A DNA stretch of 64,000 bases from Paraburkholderia sp. (GCA_035536055.1 DATLOW010000024.1:7599-71598); one strand, 5' to 3'; counted from the first letter of the stretch, positions 38,683 through 48,052 are shown. Notes: a model not told the origin generated them from the sequence alone. A program made the numbers and translations.

Positions 38683-38866
38683 CGTGGTTGCGCGGATCCT
38701 CGGTGCCGTGACGCGGCGTGGATCGGCCACTGCGCTATATCTTGCCATCGCATTTGCGCTTGTTGCGGCGGTCATCGGCGTGATGCGACTCATGTCGGGC
38801 ATGTCGCGCACGTGGAAGGTTGACTCGGGAAACGCAGCTATCGTACTCAGGATCGTCACGCCATGA
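38672..38866 (+). CDS. Possible small membrane protein
   Basis: One hydrophobic helix. Overlaps the RidA stop and has an ATGA overlap with the next gene. Confidence 0.35.
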   Translation: MSVSVVARILGAVTRRGSATALYLAIAFALVAAVIGVMRLMSGMSRTWKVDSGNAAIVLRIVTP

Positions 38867-39159
38867 AACTCGTCATTGTCCAGCATTACCTTCAACCGGA
38901 TGCCGAGGAAACGGCGCTCGCGCGCATCGATGCGCTGACAGAGCGAATGCGCGTGCAACCGGGATTCTGCTTTCGTCATGTGGGCAGGGAGAGCAATGAT
39001 CCGTCATGCATCGTCAGTGTGACAGCCTGGAACACGGCGGAAGATTGCGCGCGATGGGAGGCGGATCTGGCCGCTGCGCCGCTGCCGAAGATCGATCGGT
39101 CGCGTCTTTATCGCTCTGCGGAACATATGGTTGTGGATACCACGACCATCGGGATGTAG
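38863..39159 (+). CDS. Antibiotic-biosynthesis-monooxygenase (ABM) family protein
   Basis: 98 aa ferredoxin-like pattern: QPGF...SVTAWNT.ED..RW. Confidence 0.7.
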   Translation: MKLVIVQHYLQPDAEETALARIDALTERMRVQPGFCFRHVGRESNDPSCIVSVTAWNTAEDCARWEADLAAAPLPKIDRSRLYRSAEHMVVDTTTIGM

Positions 39160-39194
39160 GGTGAGCAACTGACTTCCCGGAAGCATGCGCGCCT

Positions 39195-39245
39195 CTAGCT
39201 AACGTTTGTAAGGTAAAGGTTCGGCGTTATAATACGGCCTGTTAA
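39195..39245. promoter_or_regulatory. TetR operator and promoter cassette 1
   Basis: CTAACGTTTGTAAG at 39199-39212 overlaps the -35 of the tetR promoter (TATAAT at 39228-39233). Confidence 0.65.
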
Positions 39246-39268
39246 AAGCTTTTACCGGGGGCGCGTCC

Positions 39269-39847
39269 GTGAAAAACCAGGCAGGTACCAATTCGAGCGA
39301 CAGGATTCTGGCGGCCGCTACGCAGATCGCACAGGCGCATGGTTACAGTGGGTTGAACGTCCGCACCCTTGCAGAAGAAGTGGGTATCAAGGCAGCGAGC
39401 CTTTACCATCATTTTCCCAGCAAGGCCGATCTGGCAGCCGCGGTGGCAAAGCGTTACTGGGAAGACGCGGCCGCGTTGCTGGAAGGGCTATGGGAAGAAA
39501 CGCAAGACCCGCTCAAGTGGCTGCGCAGATATCCGGACGAGACGTTTCGCAAATCGCTCGAAAACGGCAACCGCATGTGTCTGGCCAGCTTCATGACGGC
39601 CGAGTACGACGATCTGCCCGAAGCAGTAAAGAAAGAAGCTCAGACTTTCGCTGACATCAATATCCAATGGCTGGCGAAGATGTTGTCGGCAGCGGGCATT
39701 GTCGGTCCGAGAGAAGCCAAAAAGCGGGCACGGTCCATCTTTGCCGCAGTCGCCGGTGCCCAGTTGATGGCGCGTGGCCGCTCGGATATCGCGCTCTTCG
39801 ATGCCTTGATCGACGGTTACCGTGCCGGTGGATTGCTGCCGAAGTGA
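39269..39847 (+). CDS. TetR/AcrR-family regulator
   Basis: GYSGLNVR.LA.EVGIK.ASLYHHFPSK.DL HTH. Confidence 0.95.
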   Translation: MKNQAGTNSSDRILAAATQIAQAHGYSGLNVRTLAEEVGIKAASLYHHFPSKADLAAAVAKRYWEDAAALLEGLWEETQDPLKWLRRYPDETFRKSLENGNRMCLASFMTAEYDDLPEAVKKEAQTFADINIQWLAKMLSAAGIVGPREAKKRARSIFAAVAGAQLMARGRSDIALFDALIDGYRAGGLLPK

Positions 39848-39990
39848 GCGTGTATTGGCGCTTTCCCGCGGCACCTGGGGAATTTGAAGCGCGCCGTTGG
39901 CTGGGCGCTTCGTCGAGCTTGCAGCGGACGGATGCGACTTCGTCCCGGCAAGCTCGACGTGCAGCGTTCGCGTTGCGCTGAACTGGCGGC

Positions 39991-40401
39991 CTAATTCCCT
40001 ATGCTTGCAAGCAGAGCCAGCGCATGGCCCAGCATCATCGCGACGACGCACAGTATCACGGCGGCGATGCAAAGCACGATCGAGATCAGCACGTTGCTCG
40101 CAACCCTCGTGGAATCGCCGGCGCGCAGCAATTCCAGCGTCTGCAGCGCGAATGAGACTGTGCCGAACCCGCCGCACACGCCGACCATCGCAAACGAATG
40201 CAGGTCTGCGCTCGCTGCCAGCGCTTCGCCAGGCAGTGTGATCGTCGAGAAGAAGCCGAGGATAAAGCTGCCGACGCCGTTAACCAGAATCGTGTCCCAC
40301 CAAAATGCTCGACCCAGCCAACCGGCGACGAGAAGCTTGATCCAATAGCGGCTAACACTGCCGACCACTCCACCCACTGCGACGTAGAGGTAAGGGGACA
40401 T
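39991..40401 (-). CDS. crcB: Fluc/CrcB fluoride exporter (degenerate motif)
   Basis: GG..GS..RY and N..GSF..G are present. GVCGGFGTVSFALQT replaces the canonical GxCGGxTTFSxF. Confidence 0.8.
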   Translation of the reverse strand: MSPYLYVAVGGVVGSVSRYWIKLLVAGWLGRAFWWDTILVNGVGSFILGFFSTITLPGEALAASADLHSFAMVGVCGGFGTVSFALQTLELLRAGDSTRVASNVLISIVLCIAAVILCVVAMMLGHALALLASIGN

Positions 40402-40409
40402 AGCCGAAC

Positions 40410-41828
40410 TCAGATGCCGGACAAGTCCGGGTGAAGGTTGCGAACCGCGCTAACGCTTTCCAGCAGCTTCGCCAGATGCAGGATCGTCGACTCGGCCAGC
40501 CACGGCGAAACCAGTTGCACGCCGACTGGCAGCCCGTCGCGGCTGGTACCGAAGCGCATCGAAAGGCCCGGAAGGCCAGTCACGCTGAAAGGCGCGGTTG
40601 CATGCATCACGTGCAGTGAAGATACCGACTGGCCGTTGATGTCGAACTCCGCCGCGTCGTGTGCGTGTGCCGGCACCGGTGTCACGGGACAGATCAACGC
40701 GTCATAGCGCTGGAAGTATTCGGCAAAACCGTCGCGCATCATTTCAGCGTGCTGCTCGGCCTGCACAAAGTCGGCAATTGACGTGTCCGGCGTGTCGTAG
40801 ACACCCTGAACGTGCTTGAAGATCTGGTCCTCGTGGCCCGCTGTCTCCTTGCGGAATGCCGGCTTGGTTTCCATTGCCTGCAGCTTCCACAGCACGTCGA
40901 GCGCGTCGATCTGCTCGAGCACTGGGATGCGCGCCGGCTCGACGATGACACCCAACCCCTTCAACGCGTCGGCGGCTGCCTGCACGGTCGCGGCCACGTC
41001 ACTATCGACGGGACCGAGGAAGCCCGGATCGACGAGCCAGCCAACCCGAATTGGGCGAGTCGGGTTGGCGCCTACGCCACCATCCATCGCGAGCGGGCTC
41101 ATCGAGAATCCGTCTGCACCGTCGGGACCGGCCAGCAGCGAATAGGCAAGTGCAATGTCTCGAACCGTGCGTGCCATCGGGCCGACGTGCCAGAAGCGGC
41201 GCGGTACGCGCGGCCAGATGCCTGTCATTGGAATGCGCCCATGGGTTGCCTTGAGTCCGACAATTCCAGTGAGGGCCGCCGGGCCGCGTACCGAGATCGC
41301 GACATCGCTTCCGAGGCCGATCGGCGACATGCCGGCCGCGACGGCGGCAGATTCGCCGCCGCTCGATCCACCCGGCGTACGGTCCAGATTCCACGGGTTT
41401 CTGGTGCGTCCCGACAGCAGGTTATCGGTTTCGATCCAGTAGGAGAATTCAGGAAGATTGGTCTTTGCGAGCAGGATGCCGCCTGCTTGCTTCATACGCG
41501 CAACGGTCGTCGCGTCGGTGTCCGGCAGACGACCCTTGAAGATAGGTGAGCCGCGTTGGGTCAGCACACTGGCGGTGTCGATCGAGTCCTTCGCCGTGAA
41601 CGGAACACCATGTAGCGGGCCGAGCTTTTCTCCAGCCATAACCGCAGCCTCTGCTGCCTTCGCGGCGTCGAGTGCATTTTCCGCGACCGTGACGATCGCA
41701 TTGAGCTTAGGGTCCACGGCATCGATGCGGTCGAGATGCGCTTGCACGACTTCGACGGGCGAGACCTCTTTGGTACGAATCAGCTCCGCGAGCTTGGTTG
41801 CGTCCTGATGGATGATTTCGGAATTCAT
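40410..41828 (-). CDS. Amidase-signature family amidase (paralog 1)
   Basis: GPLHGVPF..KD, KTNLPEF, PGGSSGGE and GSD..ISVRGPA. Confidence 0.93.
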   Translation of the reverse strand: MNSEIIHQDATKLAELIRTKEVSPVEVVQAHLDRIDAVDPKLNAIVTVAENALDAAKAAEAAVMAGEKLGPLHGVPFTAKDSIDTASVLTQRGSPIFKGRLPDTDATTVARMKQAGGILLAKTNLPEFSYWIETDNLLSGRTRNPWNLDRTPGGSSGGESAAVAAGMSPIGLGSDVAISVRGPAALTGIVGLKATHGRIPMTGIWPRVPRRFWHVGPMARTVRDIALAYSLLAGPDGADGFSMSPLAMDGGVGANPTRPIRVGWLVDPGFLGPVDSDVAATVQAAADALKGLGVIVEPARIPVLEQIDALDVLWKLQAMETKPAFRKETAGHEDQIFKHVQGVYDTPDTSIADFVQAEQHAEMMRDGFAEYFQRYDALICPVTPVPAHAHDAAEFDINGQSVSSLHVMHATAPFSVTGLPGLSMRFGTSRDGLPVGVQLVSPWLAESTILHLAKLLESVSAVRNLHPDLSGI

Positions 41829-41881
41829 GACTTGCCTATGAGGGTATCGATAAAAAGTCACAAAGCTAAGTTAGCTTTCAA

Positions 41882-41930
41882 CCTAACGTTTGTTAGGGCG
41901 AATGTTAGGCGCTATGATTCGGCTCGTCAA
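41882..41930 (-). promoter_or_regulatory. TetR cassette 2 (amidase 1 and crcB)
   Basis: Minus strand TTGACG-N17-TAACAT followed by the palindrome CCTAAC-N4-GTTAGG. Confidence 0.75.
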
Positions 41931-42015
41931 CTTTTTATAGCGGGGAACGGATTCATGATTCGTCAGATGTGGCGGATCTTTTCCGGCATGCTTCCGAGCG
42001 ATTGCCGAAGGCCGC

Positions 42016-42138
42016 GGCGCGGCGAACATCGTCACGATCACGTCGTGTCGTACGAGACTGCCGATGAGCGGGGAGCAATTCCTGATGCGGCGCGCGCAGC
42101 GGCGAACGCATTGGTTCGCTCGTTTGCGATTGAACTTG
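42016..42138 (+). pseudogene. Frameshifted SDR fragment (halohydrin-dehalogenase-like spacing)
   Basis: GAANIVTITSCRTRLPMSG, a frameshift, then GAIPDAARAAANALVRSFAIEL, which matches an SDR active-site segment. Confidence 0.55.
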
Positions 42139-43086
42139 TCAGGCGGCGCGTATCGTGGCGGCTTGCGGAGTTCCAGACACAGGGTGACGGCTTCCGGATA
42201 ACTCGCTATCGGACGCCTGATGGGTGCCGGTCAACCATGCTGAGACCGCTCTAAACCGGGCGATGGAACCGGCGTCCCGATGGCTTAGAAGCCAAAGTTC
42301 ACGCGTTGTCTCGGGGTGTTCGCTTAGGCGGATGAGTTCCGTTTGAGAGCCGAGTACGCAGGGCAATAACGCTAGCCCGTTGCCTGCCAGACATGCCCGT
42401 ACCATCGTGCCCAGGTTGCTGACTTGAAGATGTCTGCGGGTATTGGGCCCGAGCCGGTCCAACCATTGCATTTCCGGTGTGTGAGACAGCGCTTCGTGGT
42501 AGCTGATCCACGGTTGTTCGGCCCACTCTGCTCGAGGAATCGTTGCAAAGCGCGGTGATGCGTAGACGGCGAACCCAAGGTCTCCGAGTTTGCGCATCAG
42601 CAACGCAGCATCTTCTGTCGGTCGTGCGAGTCTGAGCGCAAAGTCCGCCTCGCGTCGCGTGAACGAAAGATTGCTATCCGAAGCGAGTAATGAGATTTGT
42701 AGCTCCGGGTGTGTGGCACGCAACGCGGGCAGATGGTGGACCAGCCAGTAGTCGAACAGGAATTCGATGGCTGTCACCCGGACCAGGCCAGCGATACCCG
42801 TCGATGGATCCGCGCAACTCAACATCATGGACGCGATCTGGTCGTGGATCTGCTCCCCTTGTGCGACGAATATCTGTCCTGCTTCCGTGAGCTCGTAGCG
42901 AGAATCTGTGCGTATGAACAGACGTGTGCCAATTGCCTTTTGCGCCGCGGTGATACGCCGGCTTACCGTTGACACGTCGACGCCTATCGCGCGCGCCGTC
43001 GCGCTCATGTTGCCATTGCTCGCAAGCGACAAGATCAAAAGGATGTCGTTCAGATTGAAGTTGTTGGCAACGGCGAAGTTCCTCAC
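42139..43086 (-). CDS. LysR-family regulator
   Basis: GNMSATARAIGVDVSTVSRRI HTH and READFALR. Divergent from the cysteine hydrolase gene. Confidence 0.92.
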   Translation of the reverse strand: MRNFAVANNFNLNDILLILSLASNGNMSATARAIGVDVSTVSRRITAAQKAIGTRLFIRTDSRYELTEAGQIFVAQGEQIHDQIASMMLSCADPSTGIAGLVRVTAIEFLFDYWLVHHLPALRATHPELQISLLASDSNLSFTRREADFALRLARPTEDAALLMRKLGDLGFAVYASPRFATIPRAEWAEQPWISYHEALSHTPEMQWLDRLGPNTRRHLQVSNLGTMVRACLAGNGLALLPCVLGSQTELIRLSEHPETTRELWLLSHRDAGSIARFRAVSAWLTGTHQASDSELSGSRHPVSGTPQAATIRAA

Positions 43087-43309
43087 GATCGTCTCACTTT
43101 GGAAAAGCGGGTTTGCAGAAATGTCCGTTTGTGCGGGCGGCCGCAGGAACTACAGTGTGCATCGGTAGCAGAACAAGCCGTAGTTTCCGTGAACCTGATG
43201 TAGGCATGGTCACCTTGCTTTTCAGATAGCAAGGATACCGGATCGATTCAATATGCGTCTTCAGGTGCGGCTCGGCTATTCATTAACGGTCTGTCAAAGA
43301 GGTATCGCC

Positions 43310-43939
43310 ATGTCTTCGCAAGGTCCCCGTCGCGCGCTCATCGTTATTGATGTACAGAATGAATACGTTTCCGGAAAGTTTCGTATCGAGTATCCACCGG
43401 TGGAGACGTCGCTGCCGAACATTGAAAGGGCAATCGATGCTGCCCGACAAAACGATATCCCGGTGGTCGCGGTTCAACACGTGTTGCCGAGCGACGCGCC
43501 CATCTTCGCGGAAGGAACGGAAGGTGCACGGCTGCATCCGGCCGTCGCTGAGCGCTCATACGACTATCTCGTCACCAAGACCCTGCCAAGCGTCTTCTCC
43601 GAAGCGCATTTCGATGAATGGCTGAAGAAGAATCATATCGACACGCTGACGGTTGTCGGCTATATGACTCACAACTGCAACGACGCGACTATTCGAGAGG
43701 CGATGCATCGGGGTTACCACGTCGAAACGCTCAGCGATGCGACTGGCTCGCTTCCGTACAGGAACAATGCCGGCGCGGCTTCGGCCGAAGAACTGCATTG
43801 CGTCACGATGATTGTGATGGAATCGGCTTATGCAGCGGTGATGTCGACTGCAGACTGGCTGGCGGCGTTGGGCAGTGATACCCACGCGGCGCGCGACAAT
43901 ATTTACTACTCCAATCAGCGGGCGATTGGGAAGATGTGA
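43310..43939 (+). CDS. Isochorismatase-like cysteine hydrolase
   Basis: ALIVIDVQNEY, K..PS.F, GYMTHNC and SDATG motifs. Confidence 0.92.
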   Translation: MSSQGPRRALIVIDVQNEYVSGKFRIEYPPVETSLPNIERAIDAARQNDIPVVAVQHVLPSDAPIFAEGTEGARLHPAVAERSYDYLVTKTLPSVFSEAHFDEWLKKNHIDTLTVVGYMTHNCNDATIREAMHRGYHVETLSDATGSLPYRNNAGAASAEELHCVTMIVMESAYAAVMSTADWLAALGSDTHAARDNIYYSNQRAIGKM

Positions 43940-44018
43940 TTGGCAGTCGATTATTGCCAGGACTGACTAACGAAACGTCGGGGCCACAGGCCCTCGACTT
44001 TGGATGGTAACTGTCTGA

Positions 44019-45059
44019 TCACATCCTGATGACCTGCATGACCGCTTCGGCAAATGCGTCGGGCGCTTCCTGTGGCAAGTTATGACCGATGCCGCCGCTG
44101 ACGTCGCGGTGCTGATACTTGCCGGTGAATTTCTTTGCATATGCGGCCGGGGGTAGATGCGGTGCGCCATTTGCATCGCCTTCTAACGTGATGGTGGGTA
44201 CAGAGATCGAAGGCGCCTGCGCCAGCTGCTTTTCCAGTTCGTCGTACTGTGATTCGCCTTGAGTCAATCCGAGCCGCCAACGATAGTTATGGATAACAAT
44301 GGCAACGTGGTCAGGGTTGTCGAACGCCTTCGCCGTCCGCAGGAACGTCGCGTCGTCGAACTTGAATTGCGGCGACGCATTTCGCCAGATCGTCTTGTTG
44401 AACTCGTCGCGATACGCTGCGTAACCTGCGGCGCCGCGTTCCGTGGCGAAGTAATACTGGAACCACGCTTGCAGTTCGGCCTGTGGCGACTGCGGCTGCC
44501 GGTAGGCGTCCTGGCTACCGATCAGATAACCGCTGGCACATACCAGTGCACGGCAACGGTTGGGCCATATCGCGGCAACGATTTCGGCGGCCCGACCGCC
44601 CCAGTCAAAACCGGCGAGCACTGCGTTGTCGATCTTTAGCGCATCCATCAGGGCAATCACGTCCACCGCGAAAATCGCTTGCTGTCCGTTTCGCGCTGTG
44701 TTCGCAGAAAGGATCCGCGTCGGGCCATAGCCCCTCAGGTACGGCACAATCACCCGATAGCCCGCAGCCGCCAGCATAGGGGCGACTTCAACAAAGCTAT
44801 GGATGTCGTGAGGCCAGCCGTGCAGCAGAATGACAACCGTTCCATCGGTCGGGCCCATCTGGGCATAGCCAATACTCAGTGTGCCGGTTTCGATCTGGTG
44901 AATCGGGCCGAGCGAGGTGGCTGAGACGGTTCGGTGTGAGGACGCCGCCTGCGGCGCCGCACTGGCGTACGCCACGCGGGACAGATCCAGCATGCCAAGG
45001 CCGGCCAAAGCTGTGCTGCCTAACAGGCGGCGTCGTTGTGTGTTCAAGCGATTTGCCAT
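44019..45059 (-). CDS. Tat-exported alpha/beta hydrolase (epoxide-hydrolase-like)
   Basis: RRRLLG signal, LLHGWP, LRGYG, GFDWGG nucleophile elbow and GHNLPQE. Confidence 0.88.
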   Translation of the reverse strand: MANRLNTQRRRLLGSTALAGLGMLDLSRVAYASAAPQAASSHRTVSATSLGPIHQIETGTLSIGYAQMGPTDGTVVILLHGWPHDIHSFVEVAPMLAAAGYRVIVPYLRGYGPTRILSANTARNGQQAIFAVDVIALMDALKIDNAVLAGFDWGGRAAEIVAAIWPNRCRALVCASGYLIGSQDAYRQPQSPQAELQAWFQYYFATERGAAGYAAYRDEFNKTIWRNASPQFKFDDATFLRTAKAFDNPDHVAIVIHNYRWRLGLTQGESQYDELEKQLAQAPSISVPTITLEGDANGAPHLPPAAYAKKFTGKYQHRDVSGGIGHNLPQEAPDAFAEAVMQVIRM

Positions 45060-45102
45060 ATCTACATTGTCACCGATAGTCGAATACAACCTTGCCGCTG
45101 TC

Positions 45103-45154
45103 CTAGCTAACGATTGGTAGGCTGAATGCTAGGCGCAATGGTTCGGCGGGTCAA
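45103..45154 (-). promoter_or_regulatory. TetR cassette 3 (alpha/beta hydrolase)
   Basis: Minus strand TTGACC-N17-TAGCAT. Operator CTAACGATTGGTAG at 45107-45120. Confidence 0.7.
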
Positions 45155-45226
45155 CGGCTTTCTGGCTCTTGTCAGTTCGTGAAACGCCAAGCTTCGAATT
45201 CGAAACACTGTGCGATGAAACAGGTG

Positions 45227-45278
45227 TTGACCGCGGAAATCATAACGCCTAAAGTTCGGGCTAACATACGTTAGGTAG
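45227..45278 (+). promoter_or_regulatory. TetR cassette 4 (amidase 2)
   Basis: TTGACC-N17-TAAAGT followed by CTAAC-ATAC-GTTAG at 45261-45274. Confidence 0.75.
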
Positions 45279-45322
45279 TGTTGTAGTCGATCTGTCGATT
45301 GATCAAAGTATCGGAGCCTTCT

Positions 45323-46732
45323 ATGAAGTCAGAGATCCTCTATCAAGATGCAACAGCGCTAGCTGAGCTGATCCGCAGGCGGGAGATTTCGCCGGTCGAG
45401 GTCGTTCAGGCGCATCTTGATCGAATCGAAGCCGTCAATCCCAAGATCAATGCGATCGTCACGGTTGCGGACGACGCACTCGAAGCCGCAAAAGCGGCAG
45501 AACGTGCGGTGCTGCAAGGTCATGAACTTGGGCCGCTACACGGTGTGCCGTTTACCGTGAAGGATTCCATCGACACCGCAGGTGTGCTAACCCAACGCGG
45601 CTCGCTGATTTTCAAAGGGCGCATCCCTGACACTGATGCGACTAGCGTCGCCCGCATGAAAAAGGCCGGCGGTATCCTGCTGGCGAAAACCAACCTTCCC
45701 GAGTTTTCTTACTCTTTCGAAAGCGACAATCTTCTCAGCGGTCGTTCGAACAATCCGTGGGACCTGCAGCGCACACCAGGTGGTTCGAGTGGAGGCGAAT
45801 CCGCGGCCATTGCCGCACGTATGTCGCCACTTGGGCTCGGCACCGATCTCGGCAACTCAGTGCGGGGACCCGCTGCGCAGACCGGCATCGCTGCGCTCAA
45901 GGCGACCCACGGGCGAGTGCCAATGACTGGAATCTGGCCGCGCGCGCCGCGCCGCTTCTGGCATGTAGGCCCAATGGCTCGCAGTATCCGCGACCTTGCA
46001 CTTGCGTTTTCACAGCTGTCCGGTCCCGATGGTCTGGACGCTTTTGCGACCAGTTCCGTGCAGTTTGATGCGGGAATCGGTCATTCGCCCCATCGGCAGC
46101 TGCGCGTGGGCTGGATGGTGGAACCTGGCTTCGGGCCAGTCGATTCCGAAGTTGCGGCTACCGTGCGGGCGGCAGCGGACGCGCTGCACAGCCTGGCGTG
46201 CTTTGTCGAGCCGGTACGTATACCTGCGCTCGAGCGAGACTTCGCAAATGACGTGTTCAGCCGTCTGCAGGTCATGGAAACGAAGCAAGAGTTCGCGGCA
46301 GCGACCGTCGGCCGCAGCCAGGACGAACTGTACAAAGCGGTCAAGAAAATGCTCGCGTTGCCGGACGTATCCGTGAAGGACTACATGGACGCAGAGCAGG
46401 CCGTAGAGCGGCTGCGCGACGGATACGCCGAATATTTCACGAAGTACGATGCGCTGATTACGCATGTGTTGCCGGTACCGGCCCAGAAACATGGCGCCGA
46501 CACGTTAACCATCAACGGTCAAACCGTGGATGCCACCAGTCTTCGGGGCGCGACTGTGCCGCTTAACTTGACCGGCTTGCCCGGCATCTCGATGCGGTTC
46601 GGAACGAGCAACGAGGGGCTGCCGATCAACGTTCAGATCGTCGGCAGTTGGCAGGCTGAGTCCACCATCCTCCATCTGGCAACGATGCTCGAATCAGTCA
46701 GCCCGGTTCGTCATCTGCATCCTGAGGTTTGA
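45323..46732 (+). CDS. Amidase-signature family amidase (paralog 2)
   Basis: Same motifs as paralog 1, with long identical stretches such as VVQAHLDRI and HGR.PMTGIWPR.PRRFWHVGPMAR. Confidence 0.93.
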   Translation: MKSEILYQDATALAELIRRREISPVEVVQAHLDRIEAVNPKINAIVTVADDALEAAKAAERAVLQGHELGPLHGVPFTVKDSIDTAGVLTQRGSLIFKGRIPDTDATSVARMKKAGGILLAKTNLPEFSYSFESDNLLSGRSNNPWDLQRTPGGSSGGESAAIAARMSPLGLGTDLGNSVRGPAAQTGIAALKATHGRVPMTGIWPRAPRRFWHVGPMARSIRDLALAFSQLSGPDGLDAFATSSVQFDAGIGHSPHRQLRVGWMVEPGFGPVDSEVAATVRAAADALHSLACFVEPVRIPALERDFANDVFSRLQVMETKQEFAAATVGRSQDELYKAVKKMLALPDVSVKDYMDAEQAVERLRDGYAEYFTKYDALITHVLPVPAQKHGADTLTINGQTVDATSLRGATVPLNLTGLPGISMRFGTSNEGLPINVQIVGSWQAESTILHLATMLESVSPVRHLHPEV

Positions 46733-46738
46733 GGCAGC

Positions 46739-48052
46739 TTATGCCTTATCTGCCGGGTTACGCACGCACCGAAACCCCGCATACACGTATTGATACCTCG
46801 GCTGAAACCAGTTGCGGAACGTCGGCCGCAACATGCACTGTGCGGTGCGCGGCGAACCGCCCTTGATCACGTAATGCTGACCATCGAAGAAGTTCGCGGA
46901 GTAGCCGAGATAGAACGGAAACGCTTCGAACTCAGGTAGAGCCTCGAACAACGACGCGGTCCATTCCCAGCCGTTGCCGTACATCCCTTCAACGCCGAAC
47001 TCGCTGACATTGCCAGGATGTGCATGCACCGGCTGCGGGTCCCAACTGCGGAAATCGAAGTTGCCCGGCAACGTATCGGCTTGCGGCACGCCGTGCGCTG
47101 CGCGCTGCCATTGCGCTTCAGTGGGCAGCGCCTTGCCTGCCCACTTCGCGTATGCGCTCGCTTCTGCGTGGCTCGCATACACGGGCCAATCGAGCGGCAG
47201 AGGTACTTCGGCGAACATCGTACGCAGCGTCCACGCCCCATCGCGCTGTGTCCAGCCGACCGGGTGTTCGATCCGCTCGTCTTCCTTCCAGGCCCAGTCC
47301 TTGTCGTTCCAGTACGCGCGGTTTTGATAACCGCCGGCTTCGATGAATTGCAGAAATGCGCCGTTCGTCACCATATGGCGATCGATGTCGAACGCGTCTA
47401 CGTCTACCGTCTGCGCGCCGAATTCGTTGTCCCAGCCGAACTCGCCGTCTTCGCGCTTCATGCCGAGCACCACGCGGCCTGCGGGAACCTGCACCATGGT
47501 TGCCTGCGCAACCGAACCGACCGTTTTGTCGAATTCGGCGGCGGTGGTACTTTCCGGCGCGGCCTTTTGGTCGAGCGGCAGTTGATGCAGCATGTATGCA
47601 AGCGTTTCCGCATGCATCAAGCGATGTTCGATCGCAACTTGCAGCAACTGTTCAGGCGAGCCGGTGCGAATGCCGTCGTTGCCGAAGTCGAGCGTGGCGA
47701 GTTCGTAGTCGATCTGTTCGCGCGCACGCTGCGCGTAGTCGCGCACGATGTCCAGTGTTGGCCAATCGGAAGGTTGGTCGGTGGGAAAGCCGCCGTCGAC
47801 CGGATCGATGCCGAACGCGAACAGCTGATCGAGCTCGGCATTGAACGCCGGCAGGCGGCACAAACGCTCATCGAACAGGTTGCGGTCGAAGGCTTCCAGA
47901 TGCCCGATATAAAACACAATCCGGTGCCGCTCGCGGATCGGTCGTTCGTACAGATACTCCGATTTGACGACGGTAAAGAGTTCGTCGGTGACACGGCGGG
48001 CGTCCTTCAGACGCTGCACCAATGGGTGTTGCAGGCGGGGATCTCGGTTCAT
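46739..48052 (-). CDS. egtB: EgtB-like sulfoxide synthase (DinB plus FGE-sulfatase domains)
   Basis: FYIGHL, EHRLMHAE iron-binding motif, FGWDNE, GN.WEWT and FRNWFQ..Y...GFR. Confidence 0.8.
   Translation of the reverse strand: MNRDPRLQHPLVQRLKDARRVTDELFTVVKSEYLYERPIRERHRIVFYIGHLEAFDRNLFDERLCRLPAFNAELDQLFAFGIDPVDGGFPTDQPSDWPTLDIVRDYAQRAREQIDYELATLDFGNDGIRTGSPEQLLQVAIEHRLMHAETLAYMLHQLPLDQKAAPESTTAAEFDKTVGSVAQATMVQVPAGRVVLGMKREDGEFGWDNEFGAQTVDVDAFDIDRHMVTNGAFLQFIEAGGYQNRAYWNDKDWAWKEDERIEHPVGWTQRDGAWTLRTMFAEVPLPLDWPVYASHAEASAYAKWAGKALPTEAQWQRAAHGVPQADTLPGNFDFRSWDPQPVHAHPGNVSEFGVEGMYGNGWEWTASLFEALPEFEAFPFYLGYSANFFDGQHYVIKGGSPRTAQCMLRPTFRNWFQPRYQYVYAGFRCVRNPADKA

Noticed and set aside
41830-42000. 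Fluoride riboswitch upstream of the amidase-crcB operon
   Set aside because: I found no GGCGATGGxGTTCGCC-type aptamer core. The region is explained by the TetR cassette.
44019-45059. Alpha/beta hydrolase as a fluoroacetate dehalogenase, suggested by nearby crcB
   Set aside because: The nucleophile elbow is GFDWGGR rather than the GHDRGxR of fluoroacetate dehalogenases, and the protein has a Tat signal.
5382-46738. Accessory region as a defined mobile element
   Set aside because: I saw no integrase, transposase, tRNA or flanking direct repeats, only indirect scars.
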